Positions 1 through 9,293 of a DNA stretch of 64,000 nt are shown here, in pieces. Made by a program: the position numbers and the translations under genes. Location of the stretch: positions 640,001 through 704,000 of the forward strand of contig OZ242374.1 in assembly GCA_965209055.1 (NCBI GenBank), written 5' to 3'. The number at the start of each line of letters is the position of its first letter. Position 1 is the first letter of the stretch. The notes under the pieces were generated by a model. It was not told where the DNA came from. It did not search any database and worked only from the letters and a program-made list of their open reading frames with translations. Source of the DNA: Acidobacteriota bacterium (GTDB lineage: Bacteria > Acidobacteriota > UBA6911 > RPQK01 > JAJDTT01).

Positions 1-73
1 GCGTCCATAGTGGTGGGAGTCTTGGGCCGGATGAGGATCTTTCAAACGGTAATGAGCCGCCCGGCCAAGAGCC

Positions 74-1684
74 TCAGTCCACACGTTGCCCCTGCAAATA
101 CGAGACTCTCTTAACGTTTCGATCCCGGTCGCGAATGACCCACTGACCATGCCGCTTCCCCGCCACATACGGGCCTTTCTCCATATTGCCGTTCACATCG
201 TGCACAACCCAGTCGCCTTTCTTCTTGCCGTCCACAAGGAACCCTTTCTCGGTCTTGGGTCGTGACCGGCGTGCGACGAACTCTCCATCCACATAGAACT
301 CGTACTTGAATGCGTCCCCGTAACCACTGGGTGCGCGCGTGACCCACTGGCCGTGCTTCTTCCCCTCCGCATAGGGGCCTCTCTCAAGATTTCGGTTCTC
401 GTGGCGAACGACCCATTGCCCGTGCCGATTGCCCCCCACATAGGGGCCTTCCGCGACCCCATTGGTGTAAAGAATGACCCAATGGCCGTCGGCCTTCCCT
501 TCCGAATACAGGCCTCCCCCAACTTTGTTCTTGTAGCGCGTGACCCACTGGCCGTGCGGCTTCCCTTCCAAATACGCACCTTCATGGACCAATCCTGCCG
601 GGGCGCGAACGACCCACTGGCCGTGCCGCTTGCCATCCACGACCGGGCCTTGTCCCGTTCCGGTCCAGAATTTTTGGCCCACGTAAAAGCTCTTCTCGAT
701 CCGCCCGTCCATATGGCGAATGACCCATTGGCCATCTGGTTCCCCGTCAGCGTACAGGCCTTCCTGGGTGTGACTGTCCGGGTAGCGCTCGACCCACCGC
801 CCGTGCCGCTTGCCCTCGACGTAGGTTCCTTCATGAACGCGTCCGCTCGCGAAGCGCTCGACCCACCGGCCATGCCGCTTGCCATCCCCATATGGACCCT
901 CATGAACGTCTCCGTCCGGATAGCGCTCGACCCACTTCCCGTGCCGATTCCCCTCAGAATACGGTCCTTCGTGAACGCCACCGTTCGGGTAACGTTCCAC
1001 CCACGGGCCGTGCCGTTTGCCCCGGACATACGAGCCTTCATGAATATCTCCGTTCGCGAAGCGCTCGACCCAGTACCCATGGCGCTCGGCCTTCACAGCG
1101 TGGCTTTTCTCGAGAACCGGCGGCTTTATCTGAGGCTTGGCATCCAGATCCCATGTCCATTTGAGCGTTCCCCGCCCCTGGGCCAGACTCTCTGAACACT
1201 CGCCGTTCCAGGTCACGGTCCTGTAAGGCTGGTAGTCCGGATCCCAAAGGTGGCATCCCGGCTGATTGGACAACTCCCTCCAACACTCGACTCCTTTCGG
1301 CTGCCCGTCGCACGGGATGCGTTCCGCCGGACCCTCGATCACGCGTAACAACGCCCGAGCCTCCGGATAAAACTCGCCGTCTTTGCCGAACGCGGCGAGG
1401 TATTGATTCACCGATTTCAAGGCAGCCTGGACCGAGCCGATGGAATACGACACCTGCGCCGATTTGAAGTGGAACTCCACCGGCAAAGTGATTTCGTGCT
1501 GTTGTTGCAGAGCGAGAATCTTCCGGATCGCCTCGGACGCACCGGCAACGTCACGATTCGCCATCCTCCGATCGGTCTCCGCCAGATACCGTTCCACGAG
1601 GATCTGCGGTGGCGTTTGGGCGGCAGCCGGGTTGGCCCCCAACCACAACAGGGAACTGAGTACGCACGGGATCATGGTGCGCAT
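74..1684 (-). CDS. Exported MORN-like (MORN_2/YwqK-type) repeat protein with N-terminal TPR-like helices
   Basis: Signal peptide (…NPAAA|Q); helical N-terminal region; Cys-containing linker; >10 copies of a ~23-aa repeat HGxWVERYPxGxVHEGPYxxGKR. Confidence 0.75.
   Translation of the reverse strand: MRTMIPCVLSSLLWLGANPAAAQTPPQILVERYLAETDRRMANRDVAGASEAIRKILALQQQHEITLPVEFHFKSAQVSYSIGSVQAALKSVNQYLAAFGKDGEFYPEARALLRVIEGPAERIPCDGQPKGVECWRELSNQPGCHLWDPDYQPYRTVTWNGECSESLAQGRGTLKWTWDLDAKPQIKPPVLEKSHAVKAERHGYWVERFANGDIHEGSYVRGKRHGPWVERYPNGGVHEGPYSEGNRHGKWVERYPDGDVHEGPYGDGKRHGRWVERFASGRVHEGTYVEGKRHGRWVERYPDSHTQEGLYADGEPDGQWVIRHMDGRIEKSFYVGQKFWTGTGQGPVVDGKRHGQWVVRAPAGLVHEGAYLEGKPHGQWVTRYKNKVGGGLYSEGKADGHWVILYTNGVAEGPYVGGNRHGQWVVRHENRNLERGPYAEGKKHGQWVTRAPSGYGDAFKYEFYVDGEFVARRSRPKTEKGFLVDGKKKGDWVVHDVNGNMEKGPYVAGKRHGQWVIRDRDRNVKRVSYLQGQRVD
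668..1081 (-). repeat. Six tandem ~69-bp coding repeats (23-aa MORN-like units)
   Basis: Units HGYWVERF/HGPWVERY/HGKWVERY/HGRWVERF/HGRWVERY/DGQWVIRH recur every 69 bp; 'gcgctcgaccca' recurs at DNA level. Confidence 0.8.
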
Positions 1685-1910
1685 GGGAAGTCTCCGGCTT
1701 CGGCCCTTAGCGGGACCAGGTTGGGATGGGGCCGATCATAGCAGCGGGGCGACCGGGAAAGGAATATTTCCGGCCGGAGAACGGAACGGACTCGCCGGCG
1801 CAGGGTCTGTCTACAGGCCCGGACCAGCGCCGCACCCAGCACAAATTCAGGCAGAAAAAAGGGAATTCGGGAGCGAATACTTTCCGGTCTGCGATTGCGG
1901 GTCGGTGTTT

Positions 1911-1939
1911 AAGAGGGGGACAAGACTGTCCCCCCTCCT
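1911..1939 (-). repeat. REP-like palindrome (GGAG foot)
   Basis: Minus strand AGGAGGGGGGACAGTCTTGTCCCCCTCTT, 26/29 identical to the copy at 11242-11270; just downstream of the carD stop. Confidence 0.75.
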
Positions 1940-1949
1940 CGGGACGGTT

Positions 1950-2465
1950 TCAGGAGGGGAGGCTGGGGTTGGCTCCTTCGCAAGCCGAGGAGAGCATCTG
2001 CTCCACGTGCTCTGCGACCCCCTCGTCGGGTTCGTCTTGCACCGTGGCGATCTCCGAGACCACGAGTTGGCGGGCCCGATCGAACATCTTCTTCTCGCGG
2101 AACGAGAGGGTCTTTTGCAGGTTGAGGCAATAGAGATTCTTGAGCACCTCGGCCACCTGGAAGATGGAACCCGACTTCATCTTGTTGACGTTTTCCTTGT
2201 AGCGGCTCTTCCAATCGGACTCCGGCTTGCCGATCTCGTTTCTCAAAATCTGGAACAGCTCGTCCAACTGCTCCACCGTGCAGAGCTTTCGAAGGCCGAC
2301 GTGGAGAGCGTTGGCGGTGGGGACCATTACCGTTGAATTGTTGGAGGTGAGCTTCAACATGTAGAATTCCGCCTGTTGCCCGGCGATCCGAGTCTCCATC
2401 ACCTTCTGGATCACCCCGACTCCCTGATTCGGATAGACAACTTTCTCTCCGACCTTGAATTCCAT
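1950..2465 (-). CDS. carD: CarD family RNA polymerase-binding transcriptional regulator
   Basis: MEFKVGEKVVYPNQGVG…VMVP…GLRKL…W(K)SRY…LSFREKKMFDRARQLVVSEI match CarD/CdnL motifs; start placed at ATG 2465. Confidence 0.93.
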   Translation of the reverse strand: MEFKVGEKVVYPNQGVGVIQKVMETRIAGQQAEFYMLKLTSNNSTVMVPTANALHVGLRKLCTVEQLDELFQILRNEIGKPESDWKSRYKENVNKMKSGSIFQVAEVLKNLYCLNLQKTLSFREKKMFDRARQLVVSEIATVQDEPDEGVAEHVEQMLSSACEGANPSLPS

Positions 2466-2595
2466 TAGCGCCTCCGCGATCGCGGTGTGGGCACCGCTAC
2501 GTTTCAAGCCGTCCAAAGGACAACACGTTCAAGACTGAAGCCGGAAGAGCCGAACAAAAGACCCGTCGAGATCGCCCAGATGGAATAACAGCTTC

Positions 2596-2625
2596 ATTCT
2601 AGGGTAGCTTCTGGCCAAAAGTCAA
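2596..2625 (-). promoter_or_regulatory. Sigma70-type promoter for carD
   Basis: Minus strand TTGACT-N18-TAGAAT about 130 nt upstream of the carD start. Confidence 0.6.
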
Positions 2626-2722
2626 AATGTGTTGGGCGGCAAGCCGGGCGTAGTAGACTGAGAGAGAGCAATCGGATTCCGTCCAGGATGGCATCCTCCG
2701 GAGGAGGCGGGCCGCGGCCCCC

Positions 2723-5014
2723 ATGGAGCAGATTTTCACCTTTCTCTTCAAATACCGGCCCTTCCACTTCAGGGAGGGAGAGTTCCTCCTGCAGTGGCGC
2801 CTTGAGGGGTGGTTGTTGGCGATCCTGGTCTGCGCCGTTCTGCTCGCAGCGTGGCTGCCCTATCGGGGATGGTTGGGCAGGGGCGCCCCGCGAGCGTGGA
2901 TCCTGCCGGCCGCCAGAGCGGCTTTTCTCCTCGGCATCATGGTGCTGCTGATGCGGCCCAGCCTGGTCCTTTCCACCCTGGCGTCGCGGGAGAACGTGCT
3001 GGCTCTGCTGGTCGACAACTCATTGAGCATGGGGATTGCCGACGAAGAGGCGCCGCGGGGCGAGCCGGTTCGGACGCTGCTGGAGCCCGGCAGCCCGTTG
3101 CGCCAAGGCCTGGATGATCGATTTCGGCTGCTCCGCATGGGGTTCGACGCCGAATCCCGCCTGCTGCGGGAGGACGGAAGGCTGGACTGGCGCGGTAGCC
3201 GCACCGACATCGCGGGCGCCCTCCGGGACGTTCTGACCCGCACCCGGCACGAGGCCCTGGGTGGAATCGTCCTTTTCAGCGACGGTGCGGACAACGGCGT
3301 CGGCGGCTTCAAGGAGATCCTGGCCGATCTTCAGGCGCGAAGAATTCCGGTGCACACAGTGGGCGTGGGTCCCCGGGTGCTGGAGCCCGACCTGGAGCTG
3401 GCCCGGGTGAGCCTTCCGCGGATCCTGGTTCCCGAGACCCGGACCATCGCCCGGGTCACGGTCAGGATCAACGGCTACCAGGGACGCGAGAGCCGCCTGG
3501 AGGTCTGGGAGGGAAACTCTCTGATTCAGGAACAGGAAGTGAAGCTGCCGTTTTCCCAGACGGCCCTGGTGGAAGTTCCCCTAACCCCTCGAAGCCGAGG
3601 CATTCGAATCTACCGCTTCAGGATCCGGCCACTCGACGATGAGGCCCTTCAGGAGAACAACGAACGGTCGGCGGTGCTTCACGTCCGGGACCTGGAGAAC
3701 CGCATTCTGTACGTGGAAGGGCGTCCCCGCTGGGAATACAAGTTCATCCGGAGCGCGGTCTCCGGCGACCGTCACCTGCGGTTGGAGAGCCTGTTGCGAA
3801 CCGCCATCAACAAGTACTACCGGCAGGGCATCGAGGAGGAGAGCACCCTGGCGGCCGGCTTTCCTGCGACCCGGGAGGAGCTGTTCTCGTATCGGGCCCT
3901 GGTGGTGGGGAGCGTGGAATCCTCCTTCTTCACGTATCCTCAAATGGAGATGCTCCGGGAGTTCGTGGACAAGAGGGGCGGCGGGTTCCTCATGTTGGGA
4001 GGCAGTTCCTCTTTCTCCGCGGGGGAATACCAGAACACGCCGGTGGAGGAGTTCCTGCCGGTCTGGATGCTGCCGGACGGAGACCGGGCGCCATCCGCCA
4101 CCCTCTACCGGCGGGGGTCCGCCCGGGTCCGGTTGACTCCCCAGGGGCTCCGGCATCCCGCCCTGCAATTGGGCGCCGGAGATGCGGTCAACCGGCGGCA
4201 GTGGGAAGAGATGCCCGACCTCAGGGACTGGAATCGGGTGGGGGAGCTCAAGCCGGGCGCCACGGTCCTGGCCCGCCTCCAGGATTCCCGGGACGGGACG
4301 GACGTCCCCTTGATGGCCTTTCAGCGCTATGGGCGGGGCTTGGCCATGGTCTTTCTCACCGGCAGCAGTTGGCGCTGGCAGATGCTTAAGGAACATGAGG
4401 ACCGGGCACACCAGAACTTCTGGCAACAGGTCCTGCGCTGGCTGGTGAACTCGGCCAAGGATCCCGTGGAAGTGGAAACGGAACGGGAACTCTATTCCCA
4501 GGGGGAGGAGGTCAAGGTTCAGGCTCAAGTTTACGACCCCACGTTCAACCCGGTCCAATCAGCCCGTCTGGCGGCGACCCTGGTCTCTCCGTCGGGCAAT
4601 GAAACCGGGATCGATTTGGACTGGAGCCCCCGGGACGGCGGCATCTATGAAGGGGTGACCCGGCCCGTGGAAGAGGGGCTCCACCAGGTCCGATTGGAGG
4701 CGGAGGGGGTCCGCGGCGCGGATCCGATCTCCTATGGCTCCGGCGACGCCTACTTCCTGGCGCAATCCGGCCTCAGGGAGTTTCACGACGCCAACCGCAA
4801 GGTCGAGTTTCTGAATTGGCTGGCCCGGGAGACGGGAGGCCACTACTTCAGTCTGGATGACGTGGGGAATCTCCCGGAGGAGGTTTCCTACGTCGAATCC
4901 CGGACGTCCGTTCCCCAGACTCTGGAATTGTGGGACATGCCCGCGAACTTCCTTCTTCTGGCGGCTCTGCTGCTGACGGAATGGGTAATGTGGCGGCGTC
5001 TGGGAGGGATGTAA
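2723..5014 (+). CDS. Membrane protein with vWA, Ig-like and class I glutamine amidotransferase-like (DUF1355-type) domains
   Basis: Two N-terminal TM helices, MIDAS DNSLS…TD…SDG, ILYVEGRPRWEYKF, GGGFLMLGG, SWRW, C-terminal LWD…TM…EWVMWRR. Confidence 0.8.
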   Translation: MEQIFTFLFKYRPFHFREGEFLLQWRLEGWLLAILVCAVLLAAWLPYRGWLGRGAPRAWILPAARAAFLLGIMVLLMRPSLVLSTLASRENVLALLVDNSLSMGIADEEAPRGEPVRTLLEPGSPLRQGLDDRFRLLRMGFDAESRLLREDGRLDWRGSRTDIAGALRDVLTRTRHEALGGIVLFSDGADNGVGGFKEILADLQARRIPVHTVGVGPRVLEPDLELARVSLPRILVPETRTIARVTVRINGYQGRESRLEVWEGNSLIQEQEVKLPFSQTALVEVPLTPRSRGIRIYRFRIRPLDDEALQENNERSAVLHVRDLENRILYVEGRPRWEYKFIRSAVSGDRHLRLESLLRTAINKYYRQGIEEESTLAAGFPATREELFSYRALVVGSVESSFFTYPQMEMLREFVDKRGGGFLMLGGSSSFSAGEYQNTPVEEFLPVWMLPDGDRAPSATLYRRGSARVRLTPQGLRHPALQLGAGDAVNRRQWEEMPDLRDWNRVGELKPGATVLARLQDSRDGTDVPLMAFQRYGRGLAMVFLTGSSWRWQMLKEHEDRAHQNFWQQVLRWLVNSAKDPVEVETERELYSQGEEVKVQAQVYDPTFNPVQSARLAATLVSPSGNETGIDLDWSPRDGGIYEGVTRPVEEGLHQVRLEAEGVRGADPISYGSGDAYFLAQSGLREFHDANRKVEFLNWLARETGGHYFSLDDVGNLPEEVSYVESRTSVPQTLELWDMPANFLLLAALLLTEWVMWRRLGGM

Positions 5015-5020
5015 GGGCCG

Positions 5021-6067
5021 GTGTCCGGATCAACTCCACGGGAGACGTCCCCGAAAACCGTTGCGGCCGGCGGCATGGGCCGATTCCTTCCGCAACGCTC
5101 GATCTCCTCCCGGCTTGCGGCGCTTCTCGGGGTGATGATCCTCTGCTCCTCTCCGATCCGGGGAGAGAGTTTCGACCGCATCAGCCTCATCGTCACGGGA
5201 CTCGCCGGAATGCCGGAATACGGGGCCAATTTCGCCGATTGGGCAAACCGCATGGAGGAGGCGTTTCAGGGAGACCGGTCCCGGGTGCTGCGAATCGACG
5301 GGAGCGTCCGGACCCGGGATGAGATCCTGCGAACCGCCAGGGAGGAGGCGAAAAAGCTCCTTCCCGACGGCGAGTGGTGGCTGATTCTCGTCGGACACGG
5401 CAGCTACGACGGGCGGCGGTACAAGTTCAACATCAAGGGTCCCGACCTCACGGACCAGGACCTGGGACAGCTCCTGGAGGGACTGGACGGCCCCAGAGCG
5501 GTCGTCGTTGCGGGGACCAGCTCGGCCGGCGCGCTGGTTCCGGCGTTGCGAGGCGTCAATCGAGTGGTGGTGGCCGCAACGCGGGAGCGCGAGCGGCAAC
5601 CACCCCTGTTTCCCCGTTTCTTCGCCGAGGCCCCGGAATCGCCGGACGCGGACCGGGACAAGAACAATCGCGTGTCGCTGCTGGAAGCTTTTCTGTACAG
5701 CCGGCAAAAGGTGAGCGCCTGGTTCGAGGAAGCGGGCCGAATCCAGACCGAGCACGCCATACTGGACGACTCGGCCCGGTTTCAGTTGGCCAAGGAGGAC
5801 GGCGATTCCCAGGCGGAGGTCCGGCAGGGAACCGGTTTGCTGGCCGCCGTCTGTTACCTGGACCCGGCGAGCGCGCCGGCCGAGCGACCGGAGGAAGGGA
5901 GCCGAGCGGAGACCCGGTCCCGGATCCAGCGGCAGATCGACGAACTCAAGCTGCGCAAGGGAGAGTTCACGGAAGGTGAATATTTCCGGAGGCTGGAAGC
6001 GTTGATGGTGGAGCTGGCCGCCAACGAGGAGGCGGAAGGCGCCGCCGAAAAGGAGGACCAGCCTTGA
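5021..6067 (+). CDS. Exported caspase/legumain-fold (CHF) protein, nucleophile Cys apparently replaced
   Basis: Signal-like N-terminus, ILVGHGS motif, VAGTSSAG at the expected Cys loop, EF-hand-like DRDKNNRVSLLEAF; start may be ATG 5075. Confidence 0.6.
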   Translation: MSGSTPRETSPKTVAAGGMGRFLPQRSISSRLAALLGVMILCSSPIRGESFDRISLIVTGLAGMPEYGANFADWANRMEEAFQGDRSRVLRIDGSVRTRDEILRTAREEAKKLLPDGEWWLILVGHGSYDGRRYKFNIKGPDLTDQDLGQLLEGLDGPRAVVVAGTSSAGALVPALRGVNRVVVAATRERERQPPLFPRFFAEAPESPDADRDKNNRVSLLEAFLYSRQKVSAWFEEAGRIQTEHAILDDSARFQLAKEDGDSQAEVRQGTGLLAAVCYLDPASAPAERPEEGSRAETRSRIQRQIDELKLRKGEFTEGEYFRRLEALMVELAANEEAEGAAEKEDQP

Positions 6068-8532
6068 GCAGACCGTGGGCGCCCACGGGTGGCGCCTCAG
6101 CACTTTTCCTTTGCACCCTTCTTCTGACGGGGCTTCTGGCGGCGGCCGGTTTCCGGCAGGAGTCCCCCGCCCCGCTGAAAGAGGTTCTGGAGTTGATGGC
6201 GGCAGGGGCGTACCAGGCTGCCGGGGAGCGGCTCTCGACCGGCGGAGACCGGAACCCCCACGTCCTGCGCCTCAGGCTGGAGCTGGCGGAGCGCGGCGGA
6301 GACGAGGCGGGGATGCGGCGCCTGGCCGGACGCCTGCTTGGCCTCTATCAATCGGGCGCTCTTCAATCCCCCGCGGAAATCGCCGAGGCCGCCTACGCCG
6401 CCCGGCAAATGGAGCAGTGGAAGCGGGCCAACCAACTCTACCTGGAGGCGGCTCGGGGCTCCGGGGCTCCTCTCTGGGTGTACGTGGACTGGGGCAACCT
6501 GTATCTGGAGAAGCACAACGGAGCCGAGGCCGAGTCCATTTTCCGGGATGCCCTCAAGGCTCCTCAGCCGGACGGGTGGTCCCGCTGGGAAACGGACGAC
6601 GCCCGGCTTGGCGTGGCCCGGTCCCTCAAGGCCCAGCAGATGAGCGGGGTGAACGCGGCGCTGGAACACGTCCTCAAAGAGAATCCGGGGAACCTGGACG
6701 CGCACGTCCTCAAGGGGTTGCTGGCCATGGAGGCGGGCGACTGGAAGGAAGCCGAAGAATGGATTGAACGGGGACTGGACGAAAACCCCAACTACGTCCC
6801 CCTGCTGGAGCTCGAGTGCGTCCAGCTTCATTTCCGGGAGCAAAACGAGCGTTACGAGGAACGCCTGAAAAACCTTCTGGAGATCAACCCCCGCAACGGG
6901 AACCTCTACCGGATCATGGGAGATTTCACCGCCCTCCGGCGCCGCATGGACGACGCCATCGGCTACTACCGGGAGGCGGTGCGAAGAAATCCCAGGGAAT
7001 GGCCGGCCCTCGCCTCGCTGGGCGTCAATCTGTTGCGAATGGCCCGGGAGGAGGAGGGCAAGAAGGTCCTGGAGCGGGCCTACGAGAACGACCCCTACAA
7101 CGTCTCCACCGTCAACACGCTGCGCCTGGTGGACAGCTTCGACCGGTTCGTCCGCAAAGAGACGCCCCGGTATTGGCTCCGGCTGCACCGGAAAGAGGCC
7201 GGGGCTCTGGGGCCCTATGTGCGGAGGCTTCTGGACCGGAGCATTTCCTTCCTGGAGGAAAAGTACCGGCACCGTGTCGACCACAAGTTCCTGGTCGAGT
7301 TCTATCCCGACCACGAAGACTTCGCCGTGCGTGCCCTGGGCCTCCCGGGACTGGGCGCGTTCGGAGCCACGTTCGGCCGCATCCTGGCCATGGACTCTCC
7401 CTCTGCGCGTCCCAAGGGAAGCTATCACTGGGGATCGACGCTGTGGCACGAGATGGCCCACGTGGTCATCCTCTCGCTGAGCCAGGACCGGGTGCCCCGC
7501 TGGCTCACCGAAGGGATCTCCATGATGGAAGAGCGCCTTGCGGGACCCGGCTGGGGCGATGGCTTGAGCCCGGCCCTGGTGAGAGCCTACGAGCGGGGAG
7601 AGATCGCTCCCGTGAAGGACCTGAACAAGGGATTCGAGAGTCCCCGGACTCGCGAGCACCTCCAGATCAGCTATCTTCAGGCCGGATTGGTGGCCCGGTA
7701 CCTGGAGGACCGCCACGGGACCGAAAAGGTGCGGGCGCTGGTGGAGGGCTTTTCGCGGGGGCTCGACCTGGAGGAGTCGTTCCAGGAAGCGTTGGGGATC
7801 TCCCCGGCCGAATTCGACCGGGAATTCCTGCAAGAACTGGACCGGACCCTGAAACCGCTGGTCGACCGCATGCAGCCTCCGGCGGTCCTGAGAGGCCGGG
7901 CCAAGAGCCAGTCCCGGGACGAATATCTGAAGTCTCTGCTGGAGGCGGCGAGCCAGGACAAGGAGAATTACTTCCTGAACCTGGCCCTGGGCGAGACTCT
8001 GGACGAGGCCGGCAGGAGCAACGAGGCGGTGCCGTATCTGGAACAGGCGATGGCAACTTTTCCCGACTTTGCCACGGCGGAGAGTCCCTACGCGGTTCTG
8101 ACTCGGATTCACCGGAGGAGCGGCGACACCTCCAAGCTGATCCGAATCCTGGAGCAATGGTTCGGGGCGGCTCCGCAACTGGCGGAAAACGGCCTCGAGC
8201 TGGCCCGCCTGCTGGCTGACGCGGATCAGGACGAACGGGCGGCCGGGGTGTTGGAACAGGTCCTTTATGCCGATACTCTGAATCCGGAGGTTCACCGGTT
8301 GCTGGGCAGTCTTTACCTGGAACTGGGACGGGGACCGGAGGCGGCGGCGGAATACCGGGTCCTGTTGGAGTTGTCGCCGCTGGATACGGCGGACGCCCAC
8401 TACCAGTTGGCCCGCGCCCTGGACCTGTCCGGCGACACGGCTCAGGCCCGCCGCCAGGTGCTGCTGGCCCTGGAGATCGCGCCGGGTTACCGGGACGCCC
8501 AGAAGTTCCTGCTGGAGCTGGTCCGAAGATGA
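6064..8532 (+). CDS. TPR-repeat protein with peptidase MA-like (zincin) domain
   Basis: Signal peptide, many TPRs, LWHEMAH followed by PRWLTEG; TTGA overlap with upstream stop. Confidence 0.85.
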   Translation: MSRPWAPTGGASALFLCTLLLTGLLAAAGFRQESPAPLKEVLELMAAGAYQAAGERLSTGGDRNPHVLRLRLELAERGGDEAGMRRLAGRLLGLYQSGALQSPAEIAEAAYAARQMEQWKRANQLYLEAARGSGAPLWVYVDWGNLYLEKHNGAEAESIFRDALKAPQPDGWSRWETDDARLGVARSLKAQQMSGVNAALEHVLKENPGNLDAHVLKGLLAMEAGDWKEAEEWIERGLDENPNYVPLLELECVQLHFREQNERYEERLKNLLEINPRNGNLYRIMGDFTALRRRMDDAIGYYREAVRRNPREWPALASLGVNLLRMAREEEGKKVLERAYENDPYNVSTVNTLRLVDSFDRFVRKETPRYWLRLHRKEAGALGPYVRRLLDRSISFLEEKYRHRVDHKFLVEFYPDHEDFAVRALGLPGLGAFGATFGRILAMDSPSARPKGSYHWGSTLWHEMAHVVILSLSQDRVPRWLTEGISMMEERLAGPGWGDGLSPALVRAYERGEIAPVKDLNKGFESPRTREHLQISYLQAGLVARYLEDRHGTEKVRALVEGFSRGLDLEESFQEALGISPAEFDREFLQELDRTLKPLVDRMQPPAVLRGRAKSQSRDEYLKSLLEAASQDKENYFLNLALGETLDEAGRSNEAVPYLEQAMATFPDFATAESPYAVLTRIHRRSGDTSKLIRILEQWFGAAPQLAENGLELARLLADADQDERAAGVLEQVLYADTLNPEVHRLLGSLYLELGRGPEAAAEYRVLLELSPLDTADAHYQLARALDLSGDTAQARRQVLLALEIAPGYRDAQKFLLELVRR

Positions 8533-9269
8533 AGCGATACGTTTCGTGGGCACTGCTGCTGGCCGCGCCGCTGCTCCTGAGCACCGGCCCGGAAGTCTCC
8601 GCGGACCCGGAGGCCAACGATTCCACCCTCTTTCAGTTCGTGCGGATCCGCTACAACGGATTCGTCTCGAGTTGGGGCGGTGGTCGGGGACGATGGGTCC
8701 CCCCCTGGATGCACGACTACCCCCGGGCCGAGCAGAACTTCCTGAAGATCTTCATGGAGCTGACGGGAATCGAGACCACGCCCGAATCCTACCTGGTGCT
8801 GGATCTGAACGACCCGCGCATCATGAACTACCCGGCGCTCTACGTGAGCGAGCCGGGCTACTGGAACATCACGGACGAGGAGGCGGCCAATCTCCGCGAA
8901 TACCTGCTGCGCGGGGGCTTCATCATCTTCGACGACTTCCGCGGCGCCAGGGAATGGCACAATTTCACGACCTGCATGCAGCGGGTCTATCCGGAGCGCG
9001 GCTTCGAGGAGCTGACGACGGATCATCCGGTGTTTCACTGTTTCTACGACATCGACAGCCTGGACATGGTGCCGCCCTACAACGTCCCGGGAAAGCCCCG
9101 CTTCTACGGCCTGTCGGACGAGGAGGGGCGGCTCCTTGCCGTGGCCAATTTCAACAACGACATCGGGGATTACTGGGAGTGGTCCGACGATTCGCTGGTG
9201 CCCATCAGCGCTTCGAACGAGGCTTACAGATTCGGAATCAACTATTTCGTATACGCCCTCACGCACTGA
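8529..9269 (+). CDS. DUF4159 domain protein
   Basis: FVRIRY…WMHDYPRAE…LREYLLRGGFIIFDDF…HPVFH…NNDIGDYWE…GINYFVYALTH; ATGA coupling. Confidence 0.88.
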   Translation: MKRYVSWALLLAAPLLLSTGPEVSADPEANDSTLFQFVRIRYNGFVSSWGGGRGRWVPPWMHDYPRAEQNFLKIFMELTGIETTPESYLVLDLNDPRIMNYPALYVSEPGYWNITDEEAANLREYLLRGGFIIFDDFRGAREWHNFTTCMQRVYPERGFEELTTDHPVFHCFYDIDSLDMVPPYNVPGKPRFYGLSDEEGRLLAVANFNNDIGDYWEWSDDSLVPISASNEAYRFGINYFVYALTH

Positions 9270-9293
9270 ACGCGGGTCGGCGGAGGACCGAAC

